From contig NZ_JAYKGW010000094.1 of NCBI RefSeq assembly GCF_035285525.1, positions 1 through 12,021 of the forward strand: a stretch of DNA of 12,021 nt, written 5' to 3'. The translations under genes and the position numbers were made by a program. Below, in pieces: positions 7,076 to 12,021 of the stretch (its first letter is position 1; every line of letters begins with the position of its first letter). The notes beneath the pieces are model-generated. The model was not told the DNA's origin. It searched no databases and saw only the letters and a list, made by a program, of their open reading frames with translations. The DNA is from Okeania sp. (GTDB taxonomy: Bacteria > Cyanobacteriota > Cyanobacteriia > Cyanobacteriales > Microcoleaceae).

Positions 7076-7735
7076 TTAACTAATCCCTTCAAAAGGTCCT
7101 AAAAAAGTAGGTTTAGGACGAGTAATATGAACTTCTAAAAATGCTTTTAAAACTGCCAAAAATTCACGGGTAGAATAACGTCTCATAGAATCATTTCTAA
7201 ATTTTCCCCAGTCTATTGTACCTAAGCCTACAGCATCTACTCCTAATTGACGACAGGTATAAACTGCGCGAGGTAAATGATAGTTTTGAGTCACTAAAAC
7301 TGCTTGATTAATACCAAATATTTCTTTAGCTCGATAACAACTTTCATAGGTACTAAAACCTGCATAATCTAGAGTAATATTTTCAATAGGTACACCACGA
7401 CTAATAGCATATTCTTGCATTGCTTTTACCTCATTATAATCATAGGCGCTATTATCACCAGTCATCAAAATTTTTTTCACACTACCAATGTTGTATAAAT
7501 TAACTGCTCCTTGTACTCGGTCAGCTAACATTGGGGTGGGAGTACCATCTTGCCAAATTCCAGCTCCAAAAACTATGGCAATAGGTTTAGCTGGAATTTC
7601 TTCTGGATTTTTGTACCGATATCTACTTGTAGCTACTCTAATATAAAAGTTTAAAGCTACAGGAATTAATAGTATTGTTAATAGAAAAAGCGACAAAATT
7701 AAGCGTTGTTTAAGTAAAAAAAATTTCAGAAACAT
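7076..7735 (-). CDS. sanA: SanA / ElyC / YdcF (DUF218) family membrane protein
   Basis: 219-aa ORF with an N-terminal TM segment. It carries IAIVFGAG, TGDNS..YNEV, ITLDYAGFSTYES and VTQNYHLPRA, which parallel the E. coli SanA motifs SGDN...YNEP, VLDYAGFRT and ITQRFHCERA. Confidence 0.8.
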   Translation of the reverse strand: MFLKFFLLKQRLILSLFLLTILLIPVALNFYIRVATSRYRYKNPEEIPAKPIAIVFGAGIWQDGTPTPMLADRVQGAVNLYNIGSVKKILMTGDNSAYDYNEVKAMQEYAISRGVPIENITLDYAGFSTYESCYRAKEIFGINQAVLVTQNYHLPRAVYTCRQLGVDAVGLGTIDWGKFRNDSMRRYSTREFLAVLKAFLEVHITRPKPTFLGPFEGIS

Positions 7736-7744
7736 AGGTTATTT

Positions 7745-7765
7745 CAGTTATCAGTTATCAGTTAG
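7745..7765. repeat. Heptamer tandem repeat (CAGTTAT) x3, reverse complement of the 3664-3695 family
   Basis: The array reads CAGTTAT CAGTTAT CAGTTAG. It begins 10 nt upstream of the sanA-like start codon, measured on the minus strand. Confidence 0.9.
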
Positions 7766-7932
7766 TTGATTAGATGTTTAAGTTAATTATACATTGGGAT
7801 TTTATTGATTTAGCTTTTCCTAATTAAATCAGTCATTTTAGTTATAATTACTTCTGGCTACAACTAGATACTGGAAATACAGAAGTTTATTTTTCTTGTT
7901 GGATTGAATATAGGGTTTAGCTGCACGACATT

Positions 7933-7969
7933 ATAAGCTAATAGACATTTTCAATGGCTATTAGCTTAT
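7933..7969. repeat. Perfect 12-bp inverted repeat ATAAGCTAATAG-N13-CTATTAGCTTAT
   Basis: Read directly from the sequence. It lies in the middle of a 527-bp gene-free AT-rich spacer. Confidence 0.85.
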
Positions 7970-8228
7970 TAAAGCATATAATTTGTGGCAGTAAATTATA
8001 CCAATCTGAAAAAATAATGCTACAAAAAAGTTGGTCTCAATCAGATATTCTTAAAAATATCTATTTTAATTCATTTTAGATAATTTTATTTACCATTTGT
8101 ATCTGCTCAATAAATGGATGTGAACTACTAATTTAGGAATAACTTGACGCCATTTGAGGCTTGCCATTTACCGATTTACTCCAGATTATTTAGTGGTTAC
8201 TATAATTTTTCTATTTTTTTTCCTATTA

Positions 8229-8264
8229 TTCCTTCTTCTTCCTTCTTTCTTTTTCCTTCTTTCT
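8229..8264. repeat. 36-nt pure polypyrimidine (plus strand) / polypurine tract
   Basis: The tract is TTCCTTCTTCTTCCTTCTTTCTTTTTCCTTCTTTCT. It overlaps the first bases of the pyrD stop codon complement (CTA at 8263-8265). Confidence 0.9.
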
Positions 8265-9420
8265 AAACCGAATTATGATGTGCTAAACCAACAGCTTCAG
8301 AAATAGAATTTAATCCCTGTTCATCTAACTTTTTTAATAATCCTTGAAGAATGTGTTTCACCATTCCCGGTCCTTGATATACCCAACCTGTATAAACTTG
8401 AATTAGACTTGCACCCGCAGTAATTTTATCCCACGCATCCTCTACAGTAAAAATTCCACCTACACCAATAATTGGTAATTTTCCTTCTGTTTTTTGCCAG
8501 ATAAATTTAATTATTTCTGTCGATCTTTTGGTTAATGGTGCGCCACTTATTCCACCTAGTTCTTCAGTTACTTTTTTACCGGTTCTGGAGATAATTTTAG
8601 TTTTTAATCCCTCACGATTAATAGTTGTATTAGTGGCAATTATTCCAGATATTTTATATTCTTTAATTATCTCTAAAATTGAGGCGATCGCTTCATCTTC
8701 TAAATCTGGTGCAATCTTAACTAAAATTGGCTTATTGCTTTGATTTTCTTGTTGCAATACTGACAAAATTTTACTTAAGCTTTCAGCATTTTGTAGAGAA
8801 CGTAATCCTGGAGTATTAGGAGAAGAAACATTAACTACAAAATAATCTCCTAAACTTTTTAACAATCGAAAACTATCTAAATAATCTGTTGGTGCTGCCT
8901 CTAAATCAGTTATTTTAGATTTACCAATATTCACACCATAAGGAAACAAAGAAGGAGGAATCAAAGAATTAGTTTTTCTCTGATTTTGTAATCTTTCAGC
9001 TAAAGCAGCAGCACCTTGATTATTAAATCCCATTCGATTTAAAACAGCCGAATCTTTAGGTAAACGAAACAATCTTGGTTGGGGATTTCCTGGTTGTTTA
9101 TGGAAAGTGACTGTACCTAGTTCAGCAAATCCAAAACCTAATCGAGGCCAAGCATTAATAGCTAGACCATCTTTATCATATCCTGCTGCTAAACCAACAG
9201 GATTTTTAAAATTTAATCCCCATAAATTTTGCTCTAAACGAGTATCTTCAAAACATAAAAATTTCTCTATTATTGTCTGAGGTATACTTATTGATTGGGA
9301 GTTGGAATAAGTATCCATAAAATTGAGAATATTTAGGACTTGATGATGTGCCCATTCTGGATCTGCTTTTAATCCAGAAAATATAATTGGCAGTAAGATA
9401 GAACGATAAATATTTAACAT
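8263..9420 (-). CDS. pyrD: Dihydroorotate dehydrogenase (quinone), class 2
   Basis: 385-aa ORF with the signatures GLAAGYDKDG, LNRMGFNNQG, GVNIGKSK, VVNVSSPNTPGLR, IIATNTT, GGISGAPL, IGVGGI and LIQVYTG. It contains a HIP1 site at 8684-8691. Confidence 0.95.
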   Translation of the reverse strand: MLNIYRSILLPIIFSGLKADPEWAHHQVLNILNFMDTYSNSQSISIPQTIIEKFLCFEDTRLEQNLWGLNFKNPVGLAAGYDKDGLAINAWPRLGFGFAELGTVTFHKQPGNPQPRLFRLPKDSAVLNRMGFNNQGAAALAERLQNQRKTNSLIPPSLFPYGVNIGKSKITDLEAAPTDYLDSFRLLKSLGDYFVVNVSSPNTPGLRSLQNAESLSKILSVLQQENQSNKPILVKIAPDLEDEAIASILEIIKEYKISGIIATNTTINREGLKTKIISRTGKKVTEELGGISGAPLTKRSTEIIKFIWQKTEGKLPIIGVGGIFTVEDAWDKITAGASLIQVYTGWVYQGPGMVKHILQGLLKKLDEQGLNSISEAVGLAHHNSV

Positions 9421-9431
9421 TTTTTTTTAAG

Positions 9432-9452
9432 TTAGGGAGTAGGGAGTAGTTA
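9432..9452. repeat. 21-mer TTAGGGAGTAGGGAGTAGTTA (left arm of an inverted pair; also present at 959-979)
   Basis: It is the exact reverse complement of 10588-10608. It starts 12 nt upstream of the pyrD start codon. Confidence 0.95.
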
Positions 9453-9835
9453 GGAGTTAAGGTTTAGGGTATTTGTAAAAGAGGTGGTTGGAAAAGTAGT
9501 CAGAGTAATTTTTCTGTAATAGTCAGCTAAAAAATGCTCAATTTTTGATTTTTCGGGAACCGTAGTTTAAGAACCTCAAAGTTCACACTTTTTTATAGCT
9601 AAAAAAACTGAAAGCTTTATCTATAAATACTTTTAGATTTAATCAGCAAGCGCTAATTATTAATTATTTAACCATACTTTTAATTCTGTAAAATATCTAA
9701 ATTGCTCTTTCCCCCTTTAGACGTAATTAAGCTGATAGATGATAGCTAACTTTTGTTTGCGAAGTATTCCGCAGGAAATGCTTACAGAAAAAGGTAACAA
9801 GCTAACTTTAATAGTTTATTTAAAAAGCTGAGTGC

Positions 9836-9863
9836 TAAATACTAAATACTAAATACTAAATGC
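9836..9863. repeat. Heptamer tandem repeat (TAAATAC) x4
   Basis: The array reads TAAATAC TAAATAC TAAATAC TAAATGC. Confidence 0.9.
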
Positions 9864-10587
9864 TTAAATCTTCTGCTAAAAGTTTCAGAAATTTTATAGT
9901 AACTATTTATCTTAAGTTTATTTTTAAATCAGTTGAATTTAAGGTATCTAGATCGGTATTAAAATATCAATTTTTTTGATTTCACAGTTTTCAGGTAAGT
10001 TAGATCGTGTTTGTAATATACCATCTCCTAGTGCAATAAAGTACATCTTTTTTTATTTTTAAAATTTTCTCTGTTTCCAGTTCCCTATTTTCTATTTATT
10101 AATAATTAAAATAACTTCTGAAAAAATTAGCTAAAATCGTCCTTGGTACTAGCTTACTTACTAGCTTAGATTTTGGTACTATGGTAGTAGAAAGAGGTGG
10201 TTTAGATAATCTTAAATTCCGCTATTCTCATTTAATAAAATATCTCAATAATCAAAATAGAGAACTTCAGGATATTCAAGCGCCAAATCTTAATCATCAA
10301 AAATATAGTGACATTAATTTAGCTGAACTTTTCAATTACATATCGCCAAAAGATGGTATGCTTTCTATTGATAATTGAAAATTTAATACTGCTAAAATTA
10401 CATCTTTATTCTGCTAATTTTTCATGTTTTTTACCTAAAATCTGATACTTTTGACCTACCTAAAATTGCTGAAAAATTTATCTTTCAATAGTGTAAAATT
10501 TATTCAGAAAACCCTAATTATGAGAGAAAAACTAAGGGGAAATTATGAATGACAACTTTTTCTATAACTCCTCTAAATCTTAAATCT

Positions 10588-10608
10588 TAACTACTCCCTA
10601 CTCCCTAA
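10588..10608. repeat. 21-mer TAACTACTCCCTACTCCCTAA (right arm of the inverted pair)
   Basis: It is the exact reverse complement of 9432-9452. It ends 1 nt before the methyltransferase stop codon complement (TTA at 10609-10611). Confidence 0.95.
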
Positions 10609-11214
10609 TTATTTAGTAAATATTGTGAGTAATACTGCTCCTAATAAATAATAATTAGCTTGTAAATTTAATCCAGCTTCTTTGCCAAATTTTGCACGAG
10701 CTGTCGGACTATATAGATTTAAACCTCCTGGAGTAATACCTAAATATTGAAATTCATCTTGCCATTGAAAATAAGAATCAACTAAATAAAAATATCCACC
10801 AGGGCGCAACACTCTACTAACTTCATTAAATACTTTTTGAGGATGAGGATAATGTAAAAAACTAATCGTATTAAAAACAGCATCAAATTCTGCTTCAGCA
10901 AAAGGCATTTCTTCAGAATTTCCTGATACAAACCTTAAACGTTGTGGATAATAATTCCGACTATTAGCTTGACTAATCATTTCTGGAGATAAGTCTAAAC
11001 CAGTACCTTGAATAGTAGGAAAATTAACAGCAAGACGATTCAGAAGTTTACCTGTACCACAACCTAAATCTAGTACATTTGCAGAAGTTGATAAATTTAC
11101 ATATTCCAACAATCTTTGATGTATAGCTTGATAAATTACTGATGGAAATAACCAATCGTAACTTGGTGCCCAACGGTCAAAAAATGTTTGTTTAATAGAA
11201 GTATTATTTGTCAT
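10609..11214 (-). CDS. Class I SAM-dependent methyltransferase (Methyltransf_11/UbiE-like)
   Basis: 201-aa ORF. It has SAM-binding motif I VLDLGCGTGKL, an acidic loop GLDLS, FDAVFNTISFLHYP and LRPGGYFYLVD. Substrate is unknown. Confidence 0.85.
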   Translation of the reverse strand: MTNNTSIKQTFFDRWAPSYDWLFPSVIYQAIHQRLLEYVNLSTSANVLDLGCGTGKLLNRLAVNFPTIQGTGLDLSPEMISQANSRNYYPQRLRFVSGNSEEMPFAEAEFDAVFNTISFLHYPHPQKVFNEVSRVLRPGGYFYLVDSYFQWQDEFQYLGITPGGLNLYSPTARAKFGKEAGLNLQANYYLLGAVLLTIFTK

Positions 11215-11333
11215 CTTATTTCAGATTTCAGTTATTAGTTATAGAATTATTACTTACGGAGGTCAACCCAGAAACTATGTTTCTACCATAACTACGAGAA
11301 ACTGACTTTCTTTGGGGAGGTAATAATTAATTC

Positions 11334-11404
11334 AGGACTTACACAACATAAGAAAATATACACTATTACAAATAGCTTGTTTTCTAAAGGTTTGCGTAAG
11401 CCCC
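11334..11404. repeat. MITE-like small element with imperfect terminal inverted repeats AGGACTTACACA ... TGCGTAAGCCCC
   Basis: The termini are related to the element at 391-438. It lies between folB and the methyltransferase gene. Confidence 0.5.
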
Positions 11405-11422
11405 GTAATTATTAATTATTAA

Positions 11423-11779
11423 TTATTTTTCTCTAGTAATTTCAATAGTAACTTTGCCACTAAAATCAGGAATAGGAGCAGATAATTTAGTTAAACTAAC
11501 CTTGACATTTTGCACTAATGGCTGTTCTAAAATAGCTTTAGCAATTACATCTGCTACTTTTTCTAATAAAGCAACCTTAGAATTTTTCACTAATTCTTGG
11601 ACAGTTTTAACTATACTGCCATAATCTACAGTATCTTCTAAGGCATCACTTCTACTAGCAGCAGTTAAATCTAACCCTAAAGTTAAATCTACTTCAAACC
11701 ATTGACCTAATACTTTTTCTTCTGGAAAAAATCCGATGTATCCATAGCAACGAATCCCAGTAATTAAAATTGAGTCCAT
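11423..11779 (-). CDS. folB: Dihydroneopterin aldolase
   Basis: 118-aa ORF. The pattern ILITGIRCYGYIGFFPEEKVLGQWFEVDLTLGLDL...SD.LEDTVDYG is typical of FolB. Confidence 0.9.
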   Translation of the reverse strand: MDSILITGIRCYGYIGFFPEEKVLGQWFEVDLTLGLDLTAASRSDALEDTVDYGSIVKTVQELVKNSKVALLEKVADVIAKAILEQPLVQNVKVSLTKLSAPIPDFSGKVTIEITREK

Positions 11780-11849
11780 AATAACTAATAAAAAAAGAGT
11801 TCCATCACTTTTTTATTTTAATTGCAGTAGTAACATATTTTTTTGATAC

Positions 11850-12021
11850 TATAAATATTTGCTTTGAAAATTTTGACTATTGACTAATAACCTAAAAATT
11901 TTGAGGAAACTATAACGTTATAGTTATTTGCCTTGAAAATTTTGACTATTGACTACTAAGCTGAAAATTTTGAGGAAACTATAACGTTATAGTTATTTGC
12001 CTTGAAAATTTTGACTATTGA
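11850..12021. repeat. Tandem array of a 69-bp unit (at least 2.3 copies, truncated by the right window edge), each with a perfect 18-bp palindrome
   Basis: TTGAAAATTTTGACTATTGA starts at 11864, 11933 and 12002, a period of exactly 69. Full copies 1 and 2 differ at 3 of 69 positions. Each unit is TTGAAAATT-(TTGACTA)x2-...-GAAAATTTTGAGG-AAACTATAACGTTATAGTT-ATTTGCC. Confidence 0.95.

Noticed and set aside
7954-8079. 41-aa ORF (MAISLLKHIICGSKLYQSEKIMLQKSWSQSDILKNIYFNSF) starting inside the 12-bp-stem hairpin
   Set aside because: It has no recognisable family, no TM segment or motif, and no ribosome-binding context. An ORF of this length is expected by chance in a spacer of this size.
8528-8743. 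Plus-strand 71-aa ORF inside pyrD
   Set aside because: It is a shadow ORF antisense to the strongly supported PyrD frame.
10181-10378. 65-aa plus-strand ORF in the long pyrD-methyltransferase spacer
   Set aside because: It has no Shine-Dalgarno-like sequence and no recognisable motif. Its composition is indistinguishable from the surrounding AT-rich spacer. It cannot be excluded as a small protein, but the sequence alone does not support it.
9421-10608. Known structured RNAs (tmRNA, SRP RNA, 6S RNA, glutamine/cobalamin/guanidine riboswitch cores, tRNAs) in the long spacers
   Set aside because: I found none of the conserved core motifs I can recall for these families by eye, in this spacer or the others. 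This is a weak negative, and a covariance-model scan (Rfam/Infernal, tRNAscan-SE) would be decisive.
9432-10608. Autonomous IS element or transposon between the 21-bp inverted repeats
   Set aside because: No transposase-length ORF exists on either strand and no target-site duplication is evident. At most it is a non-autonomous or decayed element, and it is reported as a hypothesis only.
11850-12021. Possible CRISPR array or iteron-type origin
   Set aside because: The entire 69 bp repeats, with no unique spacer portion. I found no DnaA-box-like TTATCCACA motifs and no rep or cas genes in the window.

Overview
This is an AT-rich cyanobacterial chromosomal segment. The evidence is three HIP1 octamers (GCGATCGC), many heptameric STRR-type tandem repeats and a cyanobacterial type-A RNase P RNA. 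I can support rnpB plus nine CDSs. They are a PhyH-family Fe(II)/2OG dioxygenase, ThiG, a 57-aa Psb34/ssl1498-like protein missing from the ORF track, a 714-aa TPR protein, an orphan OmpR-type response regulator, a SanA/DUF218 protein, PyrD, a class I SAM methyltransferase and FolB. These are unrelated housekeeping genes. I see no operon-like cassette, defence genes, transposase, integrase, CRISPR array or tRNA, so I cannot support a new protein-coding system here. The unusual part is the non-coding architecture. By my coordinate count only about 63% of the window is coding, and the intergenic DNA is packed with small hairpin repeats. Four observations stand out: (1) a 69-bp tandem array with a perfect 18-bp palindrome per unit runs off the right edge; (2) a 34-bp hairpin tandem array runs off the left edge upstream of rnpB; (3) perfect 23-bp inverted heptamer repeats bracket rnpB; (4) a roughly 1.2-kb ORF-poor segment is bounded by perfect 21-bp inverted repeats that lie next to the pyrD start codon and the methyltransferase stop codon. 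All functional readings of these repeats are inference and need transcriptome or comparative data.
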